A DNA stretch of 64,000 bases from IMG/VR virus record IMGVR_UViG_3300029825_000006, positions 2,646 to 66,645 of that record; one strand, written 5' to 3'. The notes beneath the pieces were generated by a model. The model was not told the origin of the DNA and searched no databases. It saw only the letters and a list, made by a program, of their open reading frames with translations. A program made the translations under genes and the position numbers. This document shows positions 1 to 8,058 of this stretch, in pieces. The DNA is from a virus. Lineage: Duplodnaviria > Caudoviricetes. Every line of letters starts with the position of its first letter. Positions within the stretch are counted from its first letter, which is position 1.

Positions 1-218
1 TTATTATAAGTTTTATTTATAGTTTCTTTTATATCATCTCTAGCATAGTCATCGTAGAAACCCATTTCGACTCTTAGCCCTACGTGCGAATTATTTGTTG
101 ATTTGTTTAATTTACGTTTTTGTCTACGTGTAAGTTTGATGCCTAGATACACTTTTGCAAACTCGGCTGGGTTATTTTTAAAATATGCTATCCATTCAGC
201 CATTGTTTTTTCTTCCAT
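1..218 (-). CDS. Hypothetical protein, runs off the left edge; N-terminus resembles the start of some terminase large subunits
   Basis: ATG at 218 after AAGGA; my translation MEEKTMAEWIAYFKNNPAEFAKVYLGIKLTRRQK..., open to position 1; not in the supplied ORF track. Confidence 0.55.
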   Translation of the reverse strand, partial: MEEKTMAEWIAYFKNNPAEFAKVYLGIKLTRRQKRKLNKSTNNSHVGLRVEMGFYDDYARDDIKETINKTYN

Positions 219-230
219 AACACTTTATCC

Positions 231-503
231 TTATTCAATCTCAATAAAAATACGAGTAAATATTTCTTCTTTATTAAAATTTTCACTATAACAGTCCCAG
301 CCTGTTCTAATTGAAATTACTTCGTTTCTTATATATTTATAAACATCTTTTAATAAAATCTCATCAATGTGTTTATTGTCGACAACCATACCATGACTAG
401 TGCGACTATATTCATGTGAGAATACACTAACATAAGTATCTTTACATAGTTCTAATAATTCGATTAATTGCATTTTCTTTAATCCGTATATCCATCTCGA
501 CAA
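231..503 (-). CDS. Hypothetical protein
   Basis: 90 aa ORF in a tightly packed minus-strand run. Confidence 0.55.
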   Translation of the reverse strand: MSRWIYGLKKMQLIELLELCKDTYVSVFSHEYSRTSHGMVVDNKHIDEILLKDVYKYIRNEVISIRTGWDCYSENFNKEEIFTRIFIEIE

Positions 504-721
504 CCAAATAAAAGTAATCGACCTTTTATGTCATATGTTTCATCTTTATATTCTTTTAATTCTTTTTCATAGTAATTACTACGCCAATAACTGTTATCAG
601 CCTGTATTTCTTCTATTACTTTGTCTTTATCGTCATCTTGTTCTAGCAAAACCAACATAGAGCCAACACTGTCAGCATATGCTCTTAGTTGTCTTGTATA
701 TCTAAAAATTATCTTAGCCAT
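479..721 (-). CDS. Hypothetical protein
   Basis: 80 aa ORF with GAGAGAA upstream, packed run. Confidence 0.6.
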   Translation of the reverse strand: MAKIIFRYTRQLRAYADSVGSMLVLLEQDDDKDKVIEEIQADNSYWRSNYYEKELKEYKDETYDIKGRLLLFGCRDGYTD

Positions 722-876
722 TTTATTTTTTCTCTCTCTTTTTCTCTCGTTATTTTTCTACTTTGTTTCTATCCAGCACAACGTTTGCAAACAAATGCTT
801 TTTTCTTACTATTGTAATAAAGTTTTCCGTTGCATATAGGACAACGAACGTCATATGTATTCATAAATTTCCCCCC

Positions 877-1110
877 TTACTCATAATCAACATTACAACC
901 TAAATAATTTAATATCTGAATTATAAAATCTTGCCCATAATTATCAAAAGTATATGCATATGAATCACCTAAATCACTACCCAATTCGCCATCTGGATAT
1001 ATATACTCTACATATATATTATCATTGTCAACATAGATTCTATATGTTTTTGGATTAGATTTACACTTCTCTAACCAAAACTTGTCTTTTTTGCTAAATT
1101 TAAAAATCAT
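877..1110 (-). CDS. Hypothetical protein
   Basis: 77 aa ORF, AAGGGG SD. Confidence 0.65.
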   Translation of the reverse strand: MIFKFSKKDKFWLEKCKSNPKTYRIYVDNDNIYVEYIYPDGELGSDLGDSYAYTFDNYGQDFIIQILNYLGCNVDYE

Positions 1111-1125
1111 TATTATTCCCCTTTT

Positions 1126-1437
1126 TTAATAATCATCTTCTTGTGAACGAACTCTATATGCAAGTTTTCGTTCGATTACGCTATTGTCATCTTCAGGACT
1201 TCTAAAAGTTAAATTAACCATATGATCATCAGAATAAAAACTTAATCTATTACCTAATTCTCTTTTAGATAAAGAATTGCCATATAACCCACCAACAAAA
1301 TCTTTCAATCCCATAGGAACTGAATTTTTTAAACAAAACACATAATCTTTCCAACTTTCAACTTCGACAACTCTTGATTGAATATCGGTAATTTGACCGT
1401 TTACTTCAATTAAGCTAGTTTCGATAATTGTTACCAT
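1126..1437 (-). CDS. Hypothetical protein
   Basis: 103 aa ORF abutting its neighbours. Confidence 0.65.
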   Translation of the reverse strand: MVTIIETSLIEVNGQITDIQSRVVEVESWKDYVFCLKNSVPMGLKDFVGGLYGNSLSKRELGNRLSFYSDDHMVNLTFRSPEDDNSVIERKLAYRVRSQEDDY

Positions 1438-1438
1438 T

Positions 1439-1657
1439 TTACGTCAACTCTAATCCGTTCCCATTTAATCTAAAGAAATTCTTTTTACTCAATACATTTA
1501 TTTTTCCATCAACTATTAAAGAAACACTATCGTTAAACACTTCAGTAACAGTGCCAACATCCCCGATTTCTAAACACTTGTAATGTTCAGGAATTTCATC
1601 GTGGTTAATTGGGATTATCTCTTTGATTATAACTCTATCCCATAATTTAAAATTCAT
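1439..1657 (-). CDS. Small hypothetical protein, possibly SH3/KOW-like
   Basis: 72 aa; pattern DRVII...IGDVGTVTEV typical of small beta-barrel phage proteins. Confidence 0.55.
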   Translation of the reverse strand: MNFKLWDRVIIKEIIPINHDEIPEHYKCLEIGDVGTVTEVFNDSVSLIVDGKINVLSKKNFFRLNGNGLELT

Positions 1658-1670
1658 TTGTTTCCCATTT

Positions 1671-2180
1671 TCAATATTCCTTTTTAACTCTATCTTGATA
1701 AACCCAAGCGTCTAATCCTTCGCAAGACCAAACAGGTACTAGACAACCACTAGCCCATTTGTAGATTGTCTGAATTTCTATTTCATCCAACGACTCGGAA
1801 TCTCCATAACTGTTTATTTGCTCAACTCTAAATTCGTCAAAAATATTACCGTTTTCTTCATTAAAGCCCGTTCCGTATGATGTATAGATTCTATATAGTT
1901 TATTATTTTTATTGATTAGCGTTATGTAGTCATTTTCTCTAACCAAGTCTTTTGGATCGTCAGAAGCATCAATGATTTGATACGTACTATATAAAGACAA
2001 TTCGTATTCGATTGATATTTCATCAATATATCCATAACGTCTTTTAGTATATGCCAAATAAGGTACATCATCTTCAATATACAATTCTGGTTTATAAATT
2101 CTTCTTTGCGTATCAATAAACTCATTATTAGCAAGTAAAACGTAACGCTTTAATTCTTTAATTTCTTTTTGTTCTCTCAT
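1671..2180 (-). CDS. Hypothetical protein, paralog A of 63563..>64000
   Basis: 169 aa, AAGGAG SD; 79 bp identical to 63922..64000 and near-identical C-terminal codons. Confidence 0.8.
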   Translation of the reverse strand: MREQKEIKELKRYVLLANNEFIDTQRRIYKPELYIEDDVPYLAYTKRRYGYIDEISIEYELSLYSTYQIIDASDDPKDLVRENDYITLINKNNKLYRIYTSYGTGFNEENGNIFDEFRVEQINSYGDSESLDEIEIQTIYKWASGCLVPVWSCEGLDAWVYQDRVKKEY

Positions 2181-2205
2181 TAATTTACTTCTCCTTCGTT
2201 TTCAA

Positions 2206-2463
2206 TTAATACCAACCAATTGCACTATTTTTCAAATGCTTTTTTATCATTCTTCTCAAATCATTTTTATGCCAATCTTCCACAATTAAATTTTGTGCGG
2301 GAACTAAATCCATTAGTTTTCCAATTGAGTGGTCTGATAAATAAAATAAATCAATTTGTTTTGTTACACATATATCGGTTCTTCTATATAATTCTAAATA
2401 AGCGATTCCAACCATGCCATAAATTTGCTTTGTTTTGGTGTTTTGATATATTCCTACTGTCAC
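2206..2463 (-). CDS. Hypothetical protein
   Basis: 85 aa ORF; overlaps the 3' end of 2384..2704. Confidence 0.45.
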   Translation of the reverse strand: MTVGIYQNTKTKQIYGMVGIAYLELYRRTDICVTKQIDLFYLSDHSIGKLMDLVPAQNLIVEDWHKNDLRRMIKKHLKNSAIGWY

Positions 2464-2704
2464 TTATTTGTCCCCTTTTTTTAAGTTCTTCCATAGTCAC
2501 AAGTTCTGGAAGTTTTAAATTTCCTAGATTTAACTTTTCACAAATCTCCAATAAAGATTCTTTTCTTCTTTGTTTAGATTCTTCATCTCTACAAATGATA
2601 CAAACTTTTTCGTCAAAATAATTAACACGCACAAGCATTTCAATATTTTGCGCTAGTGTTTTCCCAAATCTTCTTCCATAATCAATGAACATTTTTCTTA
2701 TCAC
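2384..2704 (-). CDS. Small protein with a P-loop-like motif
   Basis: 106 aa, GAGAGG SD, motif GRRFGKT near the N-terminus. Confidence 0.55.
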   Translation of the reverse strand: MIRKMFIDYGRRFGKTLAQNIEMLVRVNYFDEKVCIICRDEESKQRRKESLLEICEKLNLGNLKLPELVTMEELKKRGQISDSRNISKHQNKANLWHGWNRLFRII

Positions 2705-2739
2705 CCTCTCTACAATAGTTCGTTATGACATATAATAGT

Positions 2740-3231
2740 TTATTGATTTTTTGGTGTTTTATTTTCATTTATATATTTAATAGTTGAGAAGCTGCCTACC
2801 TTTGCTTTGTCCCCAAATATTAATACACACATTGGCAACCACAAACCTCTTTCTTCATTGTTAAAATTTACTTCTCCTATAATAAACCTAACTTCAGCGT
2901 CCTTAATAACTTCTTCCCACCATTTTGTGTTTGACCTAACTGGAACCAAACACACTTTTGTACCACTGAAACTTAGAGAGTCCTTATGAGCCTTCTTGAC
3001 CCATTTAGATAAAGCTCTTGAAAAAGGGGGGTTCATCCAGCAGTTACCTTCCCAGTCTTGTTTTAAACCGTCTTGTTCTTCTGTGAAGTATTTATCTAGT
3101 TTATGGTTCTCTTCATTAGCACAAACATCTATGTCTAAATCAAACTCGTCTTTAAGAGGCGTGAATAAAGACAGTGGTGTGCTGTATTCAACTTTTTTAC
3201 TATTAAAATTGTTTATTTTGCCTATTCCCAT
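2740..3231 (-). CDS. Phage DNA N6-adenine methyltransferase (Dam-like, PF05869 type)
   Basis: YSTP..LF, DIDVCA, CWMNPPFS, LVPVRSNTKWW motifs. Confidence 0.85.
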   Translation of the reverse strand: MGIGKINNFNSKKVEYSTPLSLFTPLKDEFDLDIDVCANEENHKLDKYFTEEQDGLKQDWEGNCWMNPPFSRALSKWVKKAHKDSLSFSGTKVCLVPVRSNTKWWEEVIKDAEVRFIIGEVNFNNEERGLWLPMCVLIFGDKAKVGSFSTIKYINENKTPKNQ

Positions 3232-3744
3232 TTATTCTCTCCCTTTATCAACAATAATTTTTGTCTCACCTTTGTATCCACGCTTGAAGTGTATCGCACA
3301 AGCAGGAAAGCCAAAAGGGAAACCACACTTGCTTGCTCCTACAATCCATATAAATGGGACACCACCATAATTATCCACTTTTCTAATTCTCCCCATACTA
3401 GACACCACTTTTGATAAAGGGACAAGATAAACAATATTGTCTGCTATCTTAAAACTGTGTTCCAGTACTTCGTCAAAAATTGAGTAAGGAGGGTTAGAAA
3501 TTATCCAATCCACTTTTTCATTATAGTCAAAGAAATCTTTATCTTCGTCTATTTCACACCAACACTTGTCTAAATTGCTTGGATATTGGTCGTAGAACGC
3601 ACCATCACCTTTGAAGGGGTCTAATATCTTCCCTTCTATCTCAAACTGGTCTATGATTGATTTTGCTATGTGTAAAGGTGTTCTAATTTTATCATTAGGG
3701 TTTTGTACGTTTCTCCCCTTACCAAATGTTTCATGTATTGCCAT
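3232..3744 (-). CDS. DNA adenine methyltransferase (second, unrelated type)
   Basis: RTP..IA, ILDPFKGDGAF SAM motif, WIISNPPYS catalytic motif. Confidence 0.85.
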   Translation of the reverse strand: MAIHETFGKGRNVQNPNDKIRTPLHIAKSIIDQFEIEGKILDPFKGDGAFYDQYPSNLDKCWCEIDEDKDFFDYNEKVDWIISNPPYSIFDEVLEHSFKIADNIVYLVPLSKVVSSMGRIRKVDNYGGVPFIWIVGASKCGFPFGFPACAIHFKRGYKGETKIIVDKGRE

Positions 3745-4515
3745 TTACTCTCTCCCCTTATGATTGTCAATTCTCTCTTTTGCTATATTAAAATAATTCT
3801 CATAAACCCTATTAATCCATTCTTTAAATTCTGTTTGCGACATTGAGCTTTTAGCAGTGTTACAAAATTTACAACATGGAACTATATTATTTTTTAAATA
3901 CCCTTTTAAATTATCAATTCTGTCTATACCATTATAGTAAACAATCGTGTCGCTCGTTTTTCTGCCGTTTTCCTTAGTATTAAATCTGTCTGTAGCATAA
4001 TTGCTATTTTCTAAACTTTGAACGTGAATTGTTTCTACTACATCTATAAATGATTTATTAATTTTTTCAACAAATTTTTCAGCATAATGCAATCTATTAT
4101 GATACGGTTGATTTCGAATATCTTCACCGTCATAAAATAAACAATCAAATACTGCAAATTTTGCTTCATTTTCTTTTTGCAATTCAATTGCTCTTTCTGG
4201 AAGAGATTTTGTAATTCCAGCAATTGTTGACCAATCTTTTGAATATATTTCTCCATCTAATACTGTATATCCATAGTTTGGAACTGAAAATTGAAAAGTT
4301 GGCAAACTATCTTGTAATTCTCTAAATTCATTTGTCTTCTTTGAAATTCTTCGAGATGTGCAATATGTTTTATCATTATCAAAATGTAATAACATTCTTT
4401 CGCCATCAAATTTTGGTTGAAGATACATAAAATTTGTATCAAATAATCTATCAATATTTTTTTGATTTACATACTCAAGATGAGTTGCATGGTTTGGTTT
4501 TAATTGTTGTTTCAT
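3745..4515 (-). CDS. ATP-dependent DNA ligase N-terminal half (motifs I, III, IIIa) fused to an HNH endonuclease C-terminal fragment
   Basis: QPKFDGER, VLDGEIY, FAVFDCLFYDG; no motif IV/V or OB domain; after about aa 169 the sequence switches to YNGIDRIDNLKGY...VPCCKFCNTAK. Confidence 0.85.
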   Translation of the reverse strand: MKQQLKPNHATHLEYVNQKNIDRLFDTNFMYLQPKFDGERMLLHFDNDKTYCTSRRISKKTNEFRELQDSLPTFQFSVPNYGYTVLDGEIYSKDWSTIAGITKSLPERAIELQKENEAKFAVFDCLFYDGEDIRNQPYHNRLHYAEKFVEKINKSFIDVVETIHVQSLENSNYATDRFNTKENGRKTSDTIVYYNGIDRIDNLKGYLKNNIVPCCKFCNTAKSSMSQTEFKEWINRVYENYFNIAKERIDNHKGRE

Positions 4516-4581
4516 AAATATTTGTCTCCTCTATATATTATATTTATATTCATTTATTTTTTAAATATACATAGTTTTTTA

Positions 4582-4764
4582 TTAAATTTTTTCTAATCTA
4601 TCAAGAGCAACTTTTCCAAGAGTTGTTTCAACATAAAGCGAATAATTCATTCCTCGACCAACTTTTTTAATTTTACTTTTAACAATTGCTATTTGATTAT
4701 TTCTTCGATTAAGAATATCGTTTTTAATTATAATTTTGTCACCAATATTTAAATTAAATTCCAT
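4582..4764 (-). CDS. Hypothetical protein
   Basis: 60 aa, AAGGAG SD. Confidence 0.6.
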   Translation of the reverse strand: MEFNLNIGDKIIIKNDILNRRNNQIAIVKSKIKKVGRGMNYSLYVETTLGKVALDRLEKI

Positions 4765-4824
4765 ATTTTGTCTCCTTAAATGAATTACGGTTTTGAAGGT
4801 TAACCGTAAACCTTTATTAATATT

Positions 4825-5124
4825 TTAACGAACTTTATAAAGTATTAATCGTCCTGCGCATTCAATTTCATATTCGTAACCATCTTTTTTTAATACAACT
4901 TCTAATTTTTCATAAAATTTATCGTTTAAACCAAGATACTCAGCATCACCACAATCATAACCTAATTCTTCATTATTATCAATTAAATACAAAATATCAT
5001 CTTGTTGTTTTAATTTTAAATTATATGGACTTTCAATATGAAGTTCTTTATCATCTTTATCAAGAGGAGGGTATGTAATACCCTTCATCTCCTCTTTAAT
5101 TAATTTCTTAACATTTTCTAACAT
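4825..5124 (-). CDS. Hypothetical protein
   Basis: 99 aa, AAGGAG SD, stop/start overlap with the upstream gene. Confidence 0.65.
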   Translation of the reverse strand: MLENVKKLIKEEMKGITYPPLDKDDKELHIESPYNLKLKQQDDILYLIDNNEELGYDCGDAEYLGLNDKFYEKLEVVLKKDGYEYEIECAGRLILYKVR

Positions 5125-5309
5125 TATTTATCTCCTTTATTCGTTTGCATAATTCTTGCTGGAATAACATAAGTAATATTACATTTATCACAGCATTCAC
5201 CATCTTCTTTAACAGGATAAGGATTGTTTCCAAATTCCTTGTTATCACCCCAACCTAAAGAGTGTTCTCCGCAAATACAACATTTGAAACCTTCAATTTC
5301 TTTTTTCAT
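5124..5309 (-). CDS. Small Zn-finger-like protein
   Basis: CCIC...GNNPYPV...CCDKCN; first gene after a promoter. Confidence 0.7.
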   Translation of the reverse strand: MKKEIEGFKCCICGEHSLGWGDNKEFGNNPYPVKEDGECCDKCNITYVIPARIMQTNKGDK

Positions 5310-5344
5310 AAATAATATCCTCCTTATTAATTATTTATATATCT

Positions 5345-5400
5345 ATTATATCACATAACTTATTAAATGTAAATAGTTTTTTTCAATTATTTTAATTATA
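5345..5400 (-). promoter_or_regulatory. Early sigma-A-type promoter (repeat family P)
   Basis: TTTACA-17-TATAAT with TG extension and A-tract UP element; near-identical copies at 17703, 26787, 27134, 34140 and 34544. Confidence 0.8.
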
Positions 5401-5467
5401 TTTATATTATTTACTAAATTTTATCATTTATACATTAAAACTATATAAATAAAGTCCCAGAAGTAAC

Positions 5468-5527
5468 TTCTGAGAACTTTATCTTTTAATTGATTAATAT
5501 TCCTTAATAAGATTTTTATAGCATTCT
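5468..5527. repeat. Intergenic hairpin element family F1, copy A
   Basis: TTCTGAGAACTTTATCTTTTAATTGATTAATATTCCTTAATAAGATTTTT; differs from 62754..62813 at about 2 positions. Confidence 0.85.
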
Positions 5528-5532
5528 TAGAA

Positions 5533-7536
5533 TTAAGATATACCATAAAATCTTTGAGCAACTCTTAAACATGCGACAAAACCATCTCTTTCAGTACTAT
5601 ATTTCATTTCATCAGTTTTAGTTTTATTAAATTTAAACATTTCAATATCAGACCTTGTTCTAGAACAACTTTTTAATACTTTTACTTTTTTTCTTGAAAA
5701 CGCTAAATTTAAATTTGTAACACTTTTATCAAAATCTTCAATTATATATTTTTCGATAATAACTTGTTTTGAATAAATTGATTGCATCGCATCAGAATTA
5801 CTGCAATCGATAAACATTTTTTCTTTTGGCTTAAATTCTTTAAGTTTTTTAAGACCTTCGTCAATTGATGCTTTAAATTCAATTTCGTCTAAACAAATTA
5901 TTGTATCAGTACTATAATCTATAGCGATTGTAGCAACTTTCCATTTGTCACCATCTTTGTTAAAGAATGTAGTTTTTTGTAATGGGGTTTTCTCATTAAT
6001 TATCTCAATAATATTTTCATTATTAAATGAACGTGCATAAACAGAATATCGTTTATCCATAAATGTAAATAATACATTCTGAGAAAAAGCATCAACGATG
6101 TCATTGTGTTCAACAAATGGGAAGTTTAATAATCTTTGTATTAGATTTTCTAATGCTTCAGAGAGTTGATATTCTTGAATAAGTCTATTGTAATCGTCTG
6201 CGACAAATACTACATTTTTAATAACCATATATAATGAGGCTGACTCAAGTCTTTGCATTTTAGATTGAGTTCCTGGTTGATATGCGTACATACCTGAAAT
6301 TTCATCTTGTAATTGTTGAAGTATTGGAGAACCATTTGCTTTATCTTCAATAACTTGTACTATTCCAGGATATGCTTCAAATAATGCTCTAACATATTCT
6401 ACAGACTTTACAAAAGCCATTCTTTTTTCTAAACAATCTTTTATATATAATGTTGAACCAACTCTATACGATAATACTGAGCCTAAATAGTCAGAAGTTT
6501 CTTTATCTTTAACTGGGAAGTCGTGTGACCCAAAAACCATATCTGCGTCATCTATTGATGGAACTTCATTGATAGGTTTAATAATTATCATATTTTCTTT
6601 GATTACTGTTTTATCTGTTGCAATTGCATTTTGCAAATATTGAGTTTCAAAGATAGACTCTCCTACTTGTGAACGAATTGAGTCATAATTACCAAATCTT
6701 TCAGGCCATAAAAAGTCTCCTTCTGCAAAAGTGTAAATTTGTCCACTAATAGGAAATACTAAATGCGTTTTCTTTTTAAATATTGCAGGTAAGGTCACAA
6801 ACACATATTGCTGAGCCAATTTTTTTTCATTCATAATATGCCCAGTAATATCATTTGGAGCAAGTCTCTGTTGAATATTCATAATAAAACATTTACTCGG
6901 ATCGTTAATTCTAGATGGCATTGTATTTTGATAATATGCCCACGCATTTTCCATTTCTGCTTGGTCTTTACGCGCTGTTTCAGCATTTGTTAAGTCATCA
7001 TTTATAATTATGTCGCCGCCATAACCGGTAAATGCATTTCTATTTAATGAATATAATTCTCCTCCTCTAGAGTCTTTAAGAAAAGTATTACTATTTGATA
7101 CAAGTGAAATATCTGTAAATAACTCTTTAAACTTTTCAGAATTAATTATTGCTTGTCTTTTTGAATTCATTTGTCCTGCAAGTCCTGCAGTATGTGAAAT
7201 TGATACTGCTTTTATTGGATACGATAGCCATAACCATACTGGACCTAACACATTAAATCCCATACTTTTAGAATGTCTTGGAGGAACATTTAAACATAGA
7301 TTTTGTTTTCCTTGTCTGACATCTATTATTTCGCCATCTAACATTGATGTATCAATTTCAACTTCGTCATACCCAACCCATTGTTTGCACATGTATTGAA
7401 AAACTTCGCAATAATATTGAACTATAATTCCATCTACAAATTTCGTAGGGTCTGCAGTTTCCCAGAAATCTTTAACAAAATCATAAAATGACTTTTTGTA
7501 TAATTGTCTATATAATATTTTTTCTAATTCTGTCAT
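5533..7536 (-). CDS. terL: Terminase large subunit with a C-terminal extension
   Basis: NVPPRHSKS Walker A, IIINDDL Walker B, IQQRL coupling motif, GSHDF and HNDIVDAFSQ nuclease motifs. Confidence 0.93.
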   Translation of the reverse strand: MTELEKILYRQLYKKSFYDFVKDFWETADPTKFVDGIIVQYYCEVFQYMCKQWVGYDEVEIDTSMLDGEIIDVRQGKQNLCLNVPPRHSKSMGFNVLGPVWLWLSYPIKAVSISHTAGLAGQMNSKRQAIINSEKFKELFTDISLVSNSNTFLKDSRGGELYSLNRNAFTGYGGDIIINDDLTNAETARKDQAEMENAWAYYQNTMPSRINDPSKCFIMNIQQRLAPNDITGHIMNEKKLAQQYVFVTLPAIFKKKTHLVFPISGQIYTFAEGDFLWPERFGNYDSIRSQVGESIFETQYLQNAIATDKTVIKENMIIIKPINEVPSIDDADMVFGSHDFPVKDKETSDYLGSVLSYRVGSTLYIKDCLEKRMAFVKSVEYVRALFEAYPGIVQVIEDKANGSPILQQLQDEISGMYAYQPGTQSKMQRLESASLYMVIKNVVFVADDYNRLIQEYQLSEALENLIQRLLNFPFVEHNDIVDAFSQNVLFTFMDKRYSVYARSFNNENIIEIINEKTPLQKTTFFNKDGDKWKVATIAIDYSTDTIICLDEIEFKASIDEGLKKLKEFKPKEKMFIDCSNSDAMQSIYSKQVIIEKYIIEDFDKSVTNLNLAFSRKKVKVLKSCSRTRSDIEMFKFNKTKTDEMKYSTERDGFVACLRVAQRFYGIS

Positions 7537-7563
7537 ACACCCTCCTTTTCAATTGTAATATCA

Positions 7564-7641
7564 AATTTGACCTCAGATATATTTTTAATATGAATTAATA
7601 TTTATATATTAATCAGACTAAAGTTTATCTGAGGTCAAATT
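7564..7641. repeat. Intergenic hairpin element family F2
   Basis: Perfect 16-bp inverted repeat AATTTGACCTCAGATA/TATCTGAGGTCAAATT around an AT-rich core; TATAAATA on the minus strand pointing at terL. Confidence 0.85.
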
Positions 7642-7647
7642 ATTTTA

Positions 7648-8058
7648 TTACGCTCCTAATGCTGATAAAAGATATGTTACAATAATATCTGTAGCATTTG
7701 AAATTTTTGTATTTACTTCATCTTTACGATTTTCAAAAACATCAATTATCGCATATAAATATGATAGTCTTGTTTCTAAATTTTTCTTTTGATTATCGTA
7801 ATCTTTATTTTGCTCTTCGAGTGCATTGATAAAGCCCTCAAAATTACTTTCAACGTTCTCACTTGTATTTCTAATTATTTGAATTAAGTCATTTTGCTGT
7901 ACTTTTACATTAGCCATATTTTCTAATGCATTTTCCATCTCATCTCGCATTTCATAAATTCTATTAATCTTACTTTCAAATTCTTTATTTTCCATTTTCT
8001 TACCTTCCTTTTCTAAATGGTGTTGTTCTTTAAATTTTATAATCGGACAAATTTTCAT
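7648..8058 (-). CDS. Coiled-coil hypothetical protein (likely start at 7995)
   Basis: Heptad-rich sequence; SD AAGGAAGG precedes the ATG at 7995. Confidence 0.65.
   Translation of the reverse strand: MKICPIIKFKEQHHLEKEGKKMENKEFESKINRIYEMRDEMENALENMANVKVQQNDLIQIIRNTSENVESNFEGFINALEEQNKDYDNQKKNLETRLSYLYAIIDVFENRKDEVNTKISNATDIIVTYLLSALGA

Noticed and set aside
1671-2180. Diversity-generating retroelement (TR/VR pair)
   Set aside because: No reverse transcriptase is visible, the differences are not adenine-specific and include indels, and both copies are coding.
3745-4515. Group I intron or intein interrupting the ligase
   Set aside because: There is no downstream exon nearby, no recognisable intein ends (Cys/Ser start, His-Asn end) and no group I core that I can see. 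The HNH part is only a fragment ending in a stop.
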